Notes under the pieces: generated by a model
What the model was told of the DNA's origin: nothing
Database searches by the model: none
Seen by the model: only the letters and a program-made list of their open reading frames with translations
IMG/VR virus record: IMGVR_UViG_3300033273_000833
Span: 64,001-128,000 of that record
DNA from: a virus
Lineage: Duplodnaviria > Caudoviricetes
Length of the DNA: 64,000 bases
Direction: 5' to 3' (one strand)
In this document: piece by piece, positions 54,846 to 63,870 of the stretch
Numbering within the stretch: the first letter of the stretch is position 1
How the letters are laid out: each line of letters starts with the position of its first letter
Position numbers and translations under genes: made by a program

Positions 54846-55685
54846 ATGAAAATAGGAGTAATTGGAAATGGTTATGTAGGTTCAGCAGTAGCGAATGGAT
54901 TTAAGTGTTATGATTTAAAAATTTATGATAAAAATCCCGATTTATCAAGCTCTTCGTTAGAGGATGTTTTATCTCAAGACTTTGTTTTTGTATGTGTGCC
55001 TACTCCCATGACCGAAGTTTTGGGTGGAGATTGTAATTTATCAATTATTGATTCTTGTTTTAAAGAAATAGAAGAGATAGGTTCTAAAGCTATTTTTATC
55101 ATTAAATCTACTATACCTATTGGTACGACAAACTTTTTGCAAACTAAGCATCCTAGTTTAAGTATTGTGCATTCTCCCGAATTTTTGACTGCCAAGTCTG
55201 CAAAAAAAGATTTCGTCAACGCTGATAGGCATATTATCGGCTACCCTAAAAATAAAAGCATTGCAAAAAGAGTTGAACTTCTTTTTAAAGATCGATTCCC
55301 TAGCACTTTAACTTTAATTATGACGAGTGATGAATCTGAATCAGTTAAATATATAGCTAATTGCTTTTTCGCAACAAAAGTTAGCTTTTTTAATGAAATA
55401 TATACTTTAATTGAAAAATCGGGTCTTGATTGGACTCATATTATTAATGGGGTTATGTCAGACAGAAGAATTGGAAAATCTCACTATAAAGTTCCAGGGC
55501 ATGATGGATTCAAAGGATTCGGAGGCACTTGTTTTCCTAAAGATATTAATGCTTTAATAAAAACTTTTGAAAGAAATAATCTTGATCCAAAACTACTTAA
55601 ATCAGTATGGGCAGTTAATCTTGATGTCCGAAAAAATCACGATTGGGGCGACTCAGAATCAGCAGTTAAAAATGTGGAATTATAG
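54846..55685 (+). CDS. ugd: UDP-glucose/GDP-mannose 6-dehydrogenase family protein lacking the C-terminal domain
   Basis: IGNGYVG, CVPTP, KSTIP, SPEFL, KYIANCFFATKVSFFNE, GFGGTCFPKD. Confidence 0.88.
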   Translation: MKIGVIGNGYVGSAVANGFKCYDLKIYDKNPDLSSSSLEDVLSQDFVFVCVPTPMTEVLGGDCNLSIIDSCFKEIEEIGSKAIFIIKSTIPIGTTNFLQTKHPSLSIVHSPEFLTAKSAKKDFVNADRHIIGYPKNKSIAKRVELLFKDRFPSTLTLIMTSDESESVKYIANCFFATKVSFFNEIYTLIEKSGLDWTHIINGVMSDRRIGKSHYKVPGHDGFKGFGGTCFPKDINALIKTFERNNLDPKLLKSVWAVNLDVRKNHDWGDSESAVKNVEL

Positions 55686-55998
55686 AATCATACAAGCGTC
55701 AGATAAGAGCTATGGTCTTCATGAAGTCATTTACAATGATGATGGAGAAATATCTTTTGTTACAGAAAATCCCGAAATAATAGGTTGTAGCGTCAAAGAT
55801 TTACTTAATACTCTGAGGTTAATGCTTGATGACGCACAGAAAGCATCTAATAATATATTAGAAATGGATAAAATAGAATTTTCTCCAATCTGCGAAGATT
55901 ATGATAAAGAAGATGCCATACCATATGAAGAATGCAATAAAACAATAAATGTTTGGAAACCTAGTTGGGATTGGGAAGAAGAAGATAAGAGTAAATAA
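55672..55998 (+). CDS. hypothetical protein
   Basis: MWNYRII..YGLHEVIYNDDG; start reassigned. Confidence 0.65.
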   Translation: MWNYRIIQASDKSYGLHEVIYNDDGEISFVTENPEIIGCSVKDLLNTLRLMLDDAQKASNNILEMDKIEFSPICEDYDKEDAIPYEECNKTINVWKPSWDWEEEDKSK

Positions 55999-56002
55999 TT
56001 TC

Positions 56003-56031
56003 TTGACATTTTTTTTGTTTTGTCTTATGAT
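56003..56031 (+). promoter_or_regulatory. sigma70 promoter (leaderless)
   Basis: TTGACA-17-TATGAT; ATG at 56038. Confidence 0.85.
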
Positions 56032-56037
56032 TATATC

Positions 56038-57048
56038 ATGTCAGAACAAATATTAGGCTTAACTTGCATTAGTGAAGAACTAAAGGAGAAAGATAAAGTT
56101 AAATATTCCTTTAGAACTATGACTCGCAAAAGATTCAATGATTTGTGTAACTCCGAAGGTAGAGATGAAGCAATTAATCAATTATCTGAAAGAATTTTGC
56201 ACAATGTTATTGTTACTCAATATATTGTCAATCATTGCCATGCCTCAAATATTAGGCATTATCGTCTTAGTTCTGCTCTTTTTCCTCTCCTTACCGATCA
56301 GACTTTGGAAATTTCTTTGGAAGAATTGCCTCACAGAGCAAGAATCGAAAAAGGATTAGAATTTGTAGGCTTAATTGCAAAACGCTTTAATATATCAATC
56401 GGCTCTCACCCCGACCAATTCAATGTTCTCGCGTCTCCCGATAGAGACAAGGTTAGTCGCACTATAAACGAACTTAATTTCCAAGCGAGCGTTCTTGACA
56501 TGGTAGGACTACCACAAGATCATACTGCACCGATGAACATTCATGTAAACTATACTCCAAAAATGGATGAAAGTTTGGAAATAGTTGCAACTAGATTTTT
56601 TCGCAATCTTTCTATGTGCGACAAAGGTGTTTATAATCGTCTAACTATCGAGAACGAAGACAAAGGTTTCTTTAATGTAGATAATTGCATCAAATTTAGT
56701 GAATACTTGTTTGCAGTCTTCGGTGTTAATATTCCTGTTTGTTACGACAATTTGCATGACTTCTGCAACCCATCAGAAGATCATAATATTGCATTTCAAG
56801 CAGAGCGATGTGCATATACATGGGTAAATCAAGGAAGTGGTGATAACAATTTTGTTGCTCCTGTTTTTCATTGGTCAGAAGGTAAACCCGAAAAGCCTCG
56901 CTCTCATGCAGACTATTTTGCTCTTGGAAATTTTCCACCACATATCGCCATTGACCCCGATCAACCTGCCAAGTGGGAGTGTGAAGTTAAGTTAAAAGAT
57001 CAAGCGATTAAAGTATTGCGAAATAATCTAACAGAAAAAAGTGGTTGA
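56038..57048 (+). CDS. uvsE: UV DNA damage endonuclease
   Basis: LGLTCI, YRLSSALFP, HPDQFNVL, NIHV, LTIENED, YDNLH, FHWSE, HADY, ECEVKLKD. Confidence 0.93.
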   Translation: MSEQILGLTCISEELKEKDKVKYSFRTMTRKRFNDLCNSEGRDEAINQLSERILHNVIVTQYIVNHCHASNIRHYRLSSALFPLLTDQTLEISLEELPHRARIEKGLEFVGLIAKRFNISIGSHPDQFNVLASPDRDKVSRTINELNFQASVLDMVGLPQDHTAPMNIHVNYTPKMDESLEIVATRFFRNLSMCDKGVYNRLTIENEDKGFFNVDNCIKFSEYLFAVFGVNIPVCYDNLHDFCNPSEDHNIAFQAERCAYTWVNQGSGDNNFVAPVFHWSEGKPEKPRSHADYFALGNFPPHIAIDPDQPAKWECEVKLKDQAIKVLRNNLTEKSG

Positions 57049-57063
57049 TTTATTTATGTCTTT

Positions 57064-58404
57064 ATGACCTTAGCTCAAAAACATCCTAAAGATAGTTATA
57101 TTTTGGAACAGCAAATTGGCATTGTTTACAAGATAACAAATAAAATTCAATTCGATCCATTTCATGAAAAGTATAAATATTTAAACGCTTGGGACTCTTG
57201 TTATATTGGATGTACAAGCCAAGACCTTAATGAGCGTTATCAAGATGGAATAGAGAATACCCATAACCATTTTCTAAAAAAAGCTATCGAATTGTATGGT
57301 AAAGAAAATTTTGATATTGAAGTTTTAGAAGAAAAAATTCGGTTTGTAGATTTACTAAGAAGAGAGCGTTATTATATTCAATTAAATAATTGTATATATC
57401 CCAATGGATATAACATAAGAGAAGGTTCTGAATCTGATAATTCTAGCCATAGACGCAAAAAAGAGTCTCACATCAGAAACATTAAAACTAATAATGTTTT
57501 TTCTATTAAAAACCTTAAACATTTTTGCAAAAATCCAAGTTTATACGATAAATCCATTGATGAAAATTTAAAAATAAATTATACACAGATGTCTAATGCT
57601 CTCACAGGTTATGTAGAGCCTAAACACAAAAAGAAAGGATATGACTTACCTCACCAAATAATCGTTTCCGAAACTTATTGCTCGGCTAAACACACAAATA
57701 AAGATTTAGAAAATTTCAAACAATACCTGTATAAAAAAAGTATAGAAGAGTTTGCGGATAAATTAATATTCCCGATTGAATTAATAAATTTTAAAAATTT
57801 TAATATAATTAAAATTAAGGATGAACTTGCATTCGCCCATTTCATAATTAATAATCCTGAAATTTCCTTATCGAAATTGAAGCGAATTTTTTCAACCGAT
57901 AAAAGTGGGTATAAACGCTCAAAATATTCTAATCATGATCTTATCTTAAAAGAAAATTTTAAAAAAAACAATCAATGGCATAAATATGACATTAATGGTG
58001 AACCTGCTAAATTCACTCTAATTCACAAAAAAAGTGGAGATACAGAAACATTTACTTGGCAAGAGCTTGAAGCATTAGCTCAAAAACTATACTTAAAATC
58101 ATATGCTAGTATTGGTCTGAAAAATCACATAAGCCACATAAAAGATGTTGCACATTCAACTTTTGGTCGATCCATTAGAAAACTTTTGACAGGAGAGTTA
58201 AAAATATGTTATGGATACAAACTTGATGAATCTAATTTACCTTTTAAATTAAGAATAAAAAGATTTACGACAAATAAGTATGTTAAAAAAGTTTTAGACT
58301 TAGGTTATGCCGTTAGATTTAAAAATTTACCAACAGATTCTAAAGAGGAAGTTAAAATGACAAAAAAAATTCTTGATCTTCTTGACATTCCTTTCTTTTT
58401 ATGA
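57064..58404 (+). CDS. GIY-YIG homing endonuclease-like protein (free-standing)
   Basis: GIVYKITNK..YIGCT..RY..L..AI..YG..NF..E.YYI..PNGYN followed by basic repeated DNA-binding-like modules. Confidence 0.8.
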   Translation: MTLAQKHPKDSYILEQQIGIVYKITNKIQFDPFHEKYKYLNAWDSCYIGCTSQDLNERYQDGIENTHNHFLKKAIELYGKENFDIEVLEEKIRFVDLLRRERYYIQLNNCIYPNGYNIREGSESDNSSHRRKKESHIRNIKTNNVFSIKNLKHFCKNPSLYDKSIDENLKINYTQMSNALTGYVEPKHKKKGYDLPHQIIVSETYCSAKHTNKDLENFKQYLYKKSIEEFADKLIFPIELINFKNFNIIKIKDELAFAHFIINNPEISLSKLKRIFSTDKSGYKRSKYSNHDLILKENFKKNNQWHKYDINGEPAKFTLIHKKSGDTETFTWQELEALAQKLYLKSYASIGLKNHISHIKDVAHSTFGRSIRKLLTGELKICYGYKLDESNLPFKLRIKRFTTNKYVKKVLDLGYAVRFKNLPTDSKEEVKMTKKILDLLDIPFFL

Positions 58405-58410
58405 GAGTAT
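58382..58410 (+). promoter_or_regulatory. sigma70-like promoter (leaderless)
   Basis: TTGACA-17-GAGTAT with upstream TG; ATG at 58417. Confidence 0.65.
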
Positions 58411-58416
58411 ATTTGT

Positions 58417-58899
58417 ATGGACATTAAAATAATAGATGGAAATCTTCTTGATTTTCCTAATGATATAGATTTCATTGCTCACTCTTGCAATACACATAAT
58501 GTTATGGGAGCAGGAATTGCTAGAGCAATAAAAGATCGCTACCCTAAAGCCTATGAAGCTGATTGTCATGCAATGTACGAAGGTGCTAATATTTTAGGGG
58601 ATTATAGTTTTTCAGTAACAGATGCTACTCAAAATAAAGGCATTTATAATATGTATACGCAATCTAAGATTGGAGACAAAAGATCAGTTAATTATGAAGC
58701 ATTTTATGTTGCATTAAATAAAGTGGCAGGTCATATTGAATGGCAATCCAAGCATGAAGATGAAGAAAAGATTCTAGGTTTACCTTGGATGATCTCTTGT
58801 GGACTCGCAGGTGGAAGTTGGAATGTAATTTTTTCAATGATAAATGATATTTTGATTGACAGGTGCTTCAAAACCTTTATAGTTAAATATGATGAATAA
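58417..58899 (+). CDS. macro domain (ADP-ribose-binding/hydrolase) protein
   Basis: IDGNLL..IAHSCN..MGAGIA..I..RYP..NMYTQ..LP.ISCGLAGGSW. Confidence 0.85.
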   Translation: MDIKIIDGNLLDFPNDIDFIAHSCNTHNVMGAGIARAIKDRYPKAYEADCHAMYEGANILGDYSFSVTDATQNKGIYNMYTQSKIGDKRSVNYEAFYVALNKVAGHIEWQSKHEDEEKILGLPWMISCGLAGGSWNVIFSMINDILIDRCFKTFIVKYDE

Positions 58900-59107
58900 A
58901 TTAGAAGAAGCAATGGGTAGCATGAGTCAGATTCAATCTGATATAGACGCAATGATTTATGCGATTGGAGATTCTCCTCGCAAATATACAGAAGATGAAT
59001 TATTAAATATGCTAATTGGAATGAATCAGTTGCACAAAACTCGCTATGATATGATGTGGCAAGAATATGAAACATTTACAAAAAAAGAAAGGCAAAATAA
59101 TGATTGA
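58889..59107 (+). CDS. hypothetical protein
   Basis: 72 aa; TEDELLNMLIG. Confidence 0.65.
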   Translation: MMNKLEEAMGSMSQIQSDIDAMIYAIGDSPRKYTEDELLNMLIGMNQLHKTRYDMMWQEYETFTKKERQNND

Positions 59108-59483
59108 AATAGAAAAACCTTGGAGAGTTGACGAAAAAGTTGCGTTAGAAATAATTGATTTAGCAATAGCTCATATTAAAAAAGTTGAGCTTAATCCCGA
59201 AGTCGAAACTGATGGAGATAATTTTGATTATTGGAATAGTTACAAGCTAGAAGATGGCACTTTTGTAGATTACAATATCTATTGCGGTGATGATATTGGA
59301 GAATTTACTTGGAATGGTAAGTTTAGATATAGTGATCCAAGTGAATGGTCTTGGGATGTTGCCTGTTATGCAGTTGATCCGCCAAATAAAGACAATCCTC
59401 ATCATCAAATAGATACAGATAGAACACAATATTTATTTAATTATAATAAAGATGGGAATAAGGAGATAGTTTTTGAAAATTGA
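59100..59483 (+). CDS. hypothetical protein
   Basis: Start reassigned to MIEIEK (TAATG overlap). Confidence 0.6.
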   Translation: MIEIEKPWRVDEKVALEIIDLAIAHIKKVELNPEVETDGDNFDYWNSYKLEDGTFVDYNIYCGDDIGEFTWNGKFRYSDPSEWSWDVACYAVDPPNKDNPHHQIDTDRTQYLFNYNKDGNKEIVFEN

Positions 59484-59520
59484 TTGGTCATTTTTATTTG
59501 AATTATTTTTCGTTTTGTTC

Positions 59521-59549
59521 TTGACTTTTATATTAGTCTACTTTAGTCT
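59521..59549 (+). promoter_or_regulatory. sigma70-like promoter (leaderless)
   Basis: TTGACT-17-TAGTCT; ATG at 59556. Confidence 0.75.
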
Positions 59550-59555
59550 TTAATT

Positions 59556-60143
59556 ATGAGCGGAGAAGGTTTATCAGTTAGTTTTAGAAGAACATCCTTT
59601 ACGGATAAGTCTAATGCAGAACTCCTTAAGGAGTTTCAAAAGATCATCTACAATAGTAGAGTCATGAGACATATGAAATGGTATGGCAAACTTCATAGCG
59701 TTGACATACTAGAGCATGGTGACGACAACCGACCAAAATTTCAACAAGAATATGTTGCAATTAAAGACACTTTTCAATTTGAGATTAGTGTTTATGATTC
59801 TTGGTACGAAGATGCCGATCTTTATGAGTCGCATGAAGTAGAAGATAGTTTTGTGTCTCTTGCTTTTAAGTTCGCCAAAGATAACAACTTGATGTATTTT
59901 TCCCAAGGTTTTCCTGCTGAATGGATAGAGACAGAAACTACTGATGGAGAAAGATGTTGGAATCATTATAATGTAAAACCCGATGATAAAAACATTGACA
60001 AAATATGTAAAGTATGGCATGATTATGGTATGAAAATGATTCAAGCAGAACAATGTGGTCAAGCTGACGAAATGAAAAGTTATTATTGGGCAAATGCAAG
60101 AGATCAAATAAAAGAATTAATGGAATATGAATATGCAAAATAG
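59556..60143 (+). CDS. hypothetical protein
   Basis: 195 aa. Confidence 0.7.
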   Translation: MSGEGLSVSFRRTSFTDKSNAELLKEFQKIIYNSRVMRHMKWYGKLHSVDILEHGDDNRPKFQQEYVAIKDTFQFEISVYDSWYEDADLYESHEVEDSFVSLAFKFAKDNNLMYFSQGFPAEWIETETTDGERCWNHYNVKPDDKNIDKICKVWHDYGMKMIQAEQCGQADEMKSYYWANARDQIKELMEYEYAK

Positions 60144-60498
60144 ATCAGATAGTTGGTTAATAGAACAATACAATCGGAATCGTCCACCATCAGAACATAT
60201 TTCAAGTGTGGATCAAATCTCAAACGCTTACTCGCAAAGTTGGTTGACTATCAGACAACAAGATGGTACAGACGATTGGGGCACTCCGATTATGTGGCTC
60301 GATGACGGATCAGAATATGACCTCTTTGCGTCTAATGATCTTAATATAGATTGGGTAGAAGAAATGGATAAAGAGGGTTCTCCGATCATAGAGGACGATC
60401 ACTTATGTAGAGATATTTGTATTGAAGTAACCTGTCCATCCAAGGGTTGGAATAAAAGAAGGGCGGTAGGATATAACATAGACTTTGATTGGAACTAA
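60127..60498 (+). CDS. hypothetical protein
   Basis: 123 aa, acidic. Confidence 0.6.
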   Translation: MNMQNRSDSWLIEQYNRNRPPSEHISSVDQISNAYSQSWLTIRQQDGTDDWGTPIMWLDDGSEYDLFASNDLNIDWVEEMDKEGSPIIEDDHLCRDICIEVTCPSKGWNKRRAVGYNIDFDWN

Positions 60499-60641
60499 TG
60501 AAGCAAAAATCAAATGGAAATGGTAAAGGTGATTCGCCTAGAAACAATACTTCAAAAAAATTTAAAGACAATTATTCTAAAATAAATTGGAAAAAGGTGC
60601 GAGACACAAAAAAATATCTTGACAAAAACAAGAATAAATAA
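60498..60641 (+). CDS. small basic phage protein (47 aa)
   Basis: GKGDSPR..FKDNYSKINW; TAATG-coupled. Confidence 0.6.
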   Translation: MKQKSNGNGKGDSPRNNTSKKFKDNYSKINWKKVRDTKKYLDKNKNK

Positions 60642-60647
60642 TATCAT
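60619..60647 (+). promoter_or_regulatory. sigma70 promoter (leaderless)
   Basis: TTGACA-17-TATCAT; ATG at 60654. Confidence 0.85.
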
Positions 60648-60653
60648 ATATAA

Positions 60654-61004
60654 ATGAAAATACAAGTAACTAATTACGGAAAAACATACACTATTGAATC
60701 TAACGAAGATCATGATGTTGAAAGTGTCGCAGATATGTTCAAGAGCTTGCTTGTAAGTATGGGATACCATCCATGCAATGTAGACGCATTATTTAATACA
60801 GAATATAAATGGTTTACCGAAGAAGAGTTAGAAGCAAACTTACAAGGTCACATTCCCGCCTCAAATAAAATAGTAAACAAGTGGTACGATGAATGTCTAA
60901 ATGAATCTAAAGAAGATAAGGATAAAAGGGTGCAAGCATGGCAAAATAATCTTTATCGCCCCGAAGATGATGACTTTGATGATTACGACATATTCAAGAC
61001 ATGA
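60654..61004 (+). CDS. hypothetical protein
   Basis: MKIQVTNYGKTYTIE..F..LL..MGYHP. Confidence 0.7.
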   Translation: MKIQVTNYGKTYTIESNEDHDVESVADMFKSLLVSMGYHPCNVDALFNTEYKWFTEEELEANLQGHIPASNKIVNKWYDECLNESKEDKDKRVQAWQNNLYRPEDDDFDDYDIFKT

Positions 61005-61083
61005 AAGAATTAGAAAAAAAAATTGATGTTTTTCTTTTGCTTGTTTTGATGGTCGCAGTATTAATCTTAATATTTAATTGAAA

Positions 61084-61374
61084 ATGATAGAAAAAGAAAT
61101 AATATTAAAAGAAACTACCAATGGTGAATTGTTTTTTACTATACCCGATGAAATGCTCAATCGATTAGGTTGGAAAGAAGGAGATGATTTAAAGTTTGAA
61201 GATAGAAATGGTTCGGTTTTAATTCGTAAAGTTAAATACGAAAGCGTTGAACTAGAATTTGATGACGAAGAATTACTCAAGTACATGAAGTTTGCACACG
61301 AAAAAGGAATCACATTTAATGAACTTTGCGAGGAAGCAATCAAAGCTAAATTAGATGAGGTTAATTCTGAGTAA
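61084..61374 (+). CDS. AbrB/MazE-like domain fused to a ribbon-helix-helix-like domain
   Basis: GELFFTIPDEML.RLGWKEGDDL.F; VEL.FDDEEL..AHEKGITFN. Confidence 0.7.
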   Translation: MIEKEIILKETTNGELFFTIPDEMLNRLGWKEGDDLKFEDRNGSVLIRKVKYESVELEFDDEELLKYMKFAHEKGITFNELCEEAIKAKLDEVNSE

Positions 61375-61513
61375 AATATTATATCATATTGGAGACTTTA
61401 TTAGTATGTTTTTGTATTTTAATTGCTTTAGTTGGTTATATCCACTTTACAAAAGATTAATGATAGTAAGTTGTAAATTAGATAAAGACGCTAAAATATG
61501 GAAACATGAGTAA
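61355..61513 (+). CDS. small hypothetical protein (52 aa)
   Basis: MRLILSKILYHIGDFIS..WLYPLY..LM..S..LD..IW. Confidence 0.5.
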   Translation: MRLILSKILYHIGDFISMFLYFNCFSWLYPLYKRLMIVSCKLDKDAKIWKHE

Positions 61514-61745
61514 CTATCTCCCTAACAATAAAGAACCCGAAATGCCTCCCGATACTTGTCCGTATATAAATTTCATACAAGAAGTATTAGATCAAATAAA
61601 AGATAAAACAAAATCAAAAAATATAGACTCTCAAATACAATTAATAAATGATACCCTTGAATATATTAGAGATGCAAATTCGTCCCTCAGAGATTGTGGT
61701 AAATATTGGAAAAGACAATACCAAAATAAAGGTAAGAGAAAATGA
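61506..61745 (+). CDS. hypothetical protein
   Basis: PPDTCPYI..LEYIRDANSSLR. Confidence 0.65.
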   Translation: MSNYLPNNKEPEMPPDTCPYINFIQEVLDQIKDKTKSKNIDSQIQLINDTLEYIRDANSSLRDCGKYWKRQYQNKGKRK

Positions 61746-61909
61746 AAGAAGAAAAACAAGAATACATTATTATTGATTGGGGTCGTCCTCATGGTCACGA
61801 AAGAGTTCCAACTGATAAAAAAATTCTCTTAACAAAAGACGAAGCATATGATTTAAATAAATTACTTACATTAAATGGTGAGCATAAAAGGTATGTAAAA
61901 TGTCCGTAA
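61742..61909 (+). CDS. small hypothetical protein (55 aa)
   Basis: ATGA-coupled; TKDEAYDLN. Confidence 0.55.
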   Translation: MKEEKQEYIIIDWGRPHGHERVPTDKKILLTKDEAYDLNKLLTLNGEHKRYVKCP

Positions 61910-62148
61910 ATCGTCCAACAAAAAAACAACTATTAAGAGCTTTAAAACTTAATAAACAAATCTTAAAACTTTTGCCCGAAGGTGATTCGATGCACTTAAT
62001 GTATAAAAAAATGAATAAGAGGCTACAAGAAAGATATGATACTTATGAAAAATTTTTAATTAATCCTTATTGGACAAATAAAGGTCAAGTAAAGTACAAT
62101 TCCGACAATGAATTAAACTTGGGAGAATATAATATTAACGAAAGATGA
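61900..62148 (+). CDS. hypothetical protein
   Basis: 82 aa. Confidence 0.55.
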   Translation: MSVNRPTKKQLLRALKLNKQILKLLPEGDSMHLMYKKMNKRLQERYDTYEKFLINPYWTNKGQVKYNSDNELNLGEYNINER

Positions 62149-62426
62149 AAACAATACATAACACACGCAATTGCAATTATAGAAGATTTTTGCATAAAAA
62201 ATTAAAACATGGAAAAATAAGTGGTCGCTTTTATAAGTTCGTTTGTAGAAGTCATCCTTATCGTATTACAACTCGCAATATACAGCTAATTGTACGAGAA
62301 ATTCTTGATGGTAAGATGACAGAAAATAAAGCAATCCGCTTATTACAACAAGATACCCAAGAATTAAAACACCAACAAGAGTTATATAAATCCAACATTG
62401 AATGCAGAAAAAAAAATAATTCTTGA
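62145..62426 (+). CDS. basic hypothetical protein
   Basis: 93 aa. Confidence 0.55.
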   Translation: MKTIHNTRNCNYRRFLHKKLKHGKISGRFYKFVCRSHPYRITTRNIQLIVREILDGKMTENKAIRLLQQDTQELKHQQELYKSNIECRKKNNS

Positions 62427-62451
62427 CATTTATCGTTAAATATACTATTAT
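62423..62451 (+). promoter_or_regulatory. sigma70 promoter (leaderless)
   Basis: TTGACA-17-TATTAT; ATG at 62458. Confidence 0.85.
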
Positions 62452-62457
62452 TTACTT

Positions 62458-62730
62458 ATGCCTTATATAGCAAAATCAGAAAAAGAAAAAATAGACAAGG
62501 GCTTATTAGCTTTGCATCTATCAGAATTTACTAACGCAGGAGCATTAAACTATGCGATTCATCAAGTAATTGCACAATATATTTCACAAAATAAGGAAAG
62601 CTACCAAACATACAATGATATTGTTGGGGTTTTAGATTGTGCAAAAATGGAATTATATCGCAGATTAATATCAGAATATGAGGATAAGAAAATGACTCAA
62701 AATAAAGATGTTGCTCCATACGAAAATTAA
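62458..62730 (+). CDS. conserved phage hypothetical protein
   Basis: MPYI..GALNYAI..Y..YNDIVGVL.CAKMELYRR..YEDKK..N.DV. Confidence 0.75.
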   Translation: MPYIAKSEKEKIDKGLLALHLSEFTNAGALNYAIHQVIAQYISQNKESYQTYNDIVGVLDCAKMELYRRLISEYEDKKMTQNKDVAPYEN

Positions 62731-62736
62731 ATAATT

Positions 62737-63156
62737 ATGAAAATCGGAATTACATTCTCAACATTTGACTTGCTTCATGCAGGTCATAATTTAATGCTAA
62801 AGCAAGCAAAGTCTGTTTGTGATTATCTTATTTGTGGTCTCCATGTCGATCCTCAGATTGAGCGTCCAAAAAAAAATAAGCCTGTTCAGAGTTTGGTTGA
62901 AAGATATATTCAACTATCTTCTGTTTCTTATGTTGATGAAATCATTCCATATAATCTCGAAAAAGATTTACATGATATTTTGTTAGGTTACCCAATCAAT
63001 GTCAGAATTATTGGCTCGGATTATAAAGATGTAGAATTTTCGGGAAAAGATATTTGTCAAGCAAAAGGTATAGAAATTTATTACAACGATAGATTCCATA
63101 ACTTTTCAAGCACAGAATTAAGGCAGAGGATAGCCACTAGAGAAAATGCGAAATAA
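62737..63156 (+). CDS. glycerol-3-phosphate cytidylyltransferase-like (TagD-like) nucleotidyltransferase
   Basis: TFDLLHAGH..LICGL.VDP..KPVQS..ER..VDEIIPY..GSDY..FSSTELR. Confidence 0.85.
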   Translation: MKIGITFSTFDLLHAGHNLMLKQAKSVCDYLICGLHVDPQIERPKKNKPVQSLVERYIQLSSVSYVDEIIPYNLEKDLHDILLGYPINVRIIGSDYKDVEFSGKDICQAKGIEIYYNDRFHNFSSTELRQRIATRENAK

Positions 63157-63250
63157 AATAATACAAATATATGAACTCTTTGCTTTTATTGGAGTCTTTG
63201 CCTTGATATTGTGCTTCCAAATAATTTATATCCTAACAGGAAGAGAATAA
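63146..63250 (+). CDS. 34-aa membrane peptide
   Basis: MRNKIIQIYELFAFIGVFALILCFQIIYILTGRE*. Confidence 0.45.
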   Translation: MRNKIIQIYELFAFIGVFALILCFQIIYILTGRE

Positions 63251-63253
63251 ATA

Positions 63254-63457
63254 ATGAAAGAAATAATAATTAAAGTTTTAAAAAATTTTGCTGACTTACA
63301 AGCGAACTTAGAATCAGAGTCGGCAAGAGAAATGATTGCAACAGAAATAGAACTTAATTTAATAAAAAATAATGTTAATTTAAGTATTGATTCCTTGGAG
63401 CAAATTTGCGAGGATAAAAATTCCGATGATTGTTGTGGGGGTAATTGTCATCAATGA
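63254..63457 (+). CDS. hypothetical protein with a C-terminal CCGGNC motif
   Basis: 67 aa. Confidence 0.6.
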   Translation: MKEIIIKVLKNFADLQANLESESAREMIATEIELNLIKNNVNLSIDSLEQICEDKNSDDCCGGNCHQ

Positions 63458-63545
63458 TCTGTTTAAACTATAAGGGGTTAAAGATTATAGAAGACCTTCA
63501 CAAGTTGCGAGCAGAAACGAAAGTTCCCAAGCAGAAAAAAAAGTC

Positions 63546-63574
63546 TTGACATATTACTCTTGTTGGCTCATACT
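63546..63574 (+). promoter_or_regulatory. sigma70 promoter (leaderless)
   Basis: TTGACA-17-CATACT; ATG at 63581. Confidence 0.8.
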
Positions 63575-63580
63575 TAAACC

Positions 63581-63832
63581 ATGAGCAAAAATAGAAACAA
63601 AGAGTTGGTTGAAGAAATTAAAGAAATGAACCCCGAAGCAATGTTTGCTGATGGGTTCGATGATTCTATCCTTGGTTATGATACTAAAGGTAGAGTTGTG
63701 TACTCTGTTGATTCCATTCTTGAAACTCTCACAGAAAGAGACGAAATGAGCGTAGAGGAAGCTCAAGAATATTTTTATTTTAATATTGATGGAGCTTTTG
63801 TTGGCGAATATACTCCAATTTACATCTATTAA
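63581..63832 (+). CDS. conserved phage hypothetical protein
   Basis: ADGFDD.ILG..VVYS..EEAQEYF.FNI.GA.VGE.TPI. Confidence 0.75.
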   Translation: MSKNRNKELVEEIKEMNPEAMFADGFDDSILGYDTKGRVVYSVDSILETLTERDEMSVEEAQEYFYFNIDGAFVGEYTPIYIY

Positions 63833-63835
63833 TAC

Positions 63836-63864
63836 TTGACAATAACAAAAAACTAAACTAGGAT
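63836..63864 (+). promoter_or_regulatory. sigma70 promoter (leaderless)
   Basis: TTGACA-17-TAGGAT; ATG at 63871. Confidence 0.8.
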
Positions 63865-63870
63865 TATAAC

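Noticed and set aside
57016-57063. Own promoter for the GIY-YIG gene
   Set aside because: TTGCGA/TTGATT candidates lack a -10 at proper spacing; likely co-transcribed with uvsE
12528-59100. Upstream-extended starts in the ORF track (12528, 13724, 24029, 27137, 27546, 29525, 31154, 55567, 56020, 59067)
   Set aside because: Extensions run through promoters or upstream genes; promoter spacing and stop-start overlaps support the shorter starts used here
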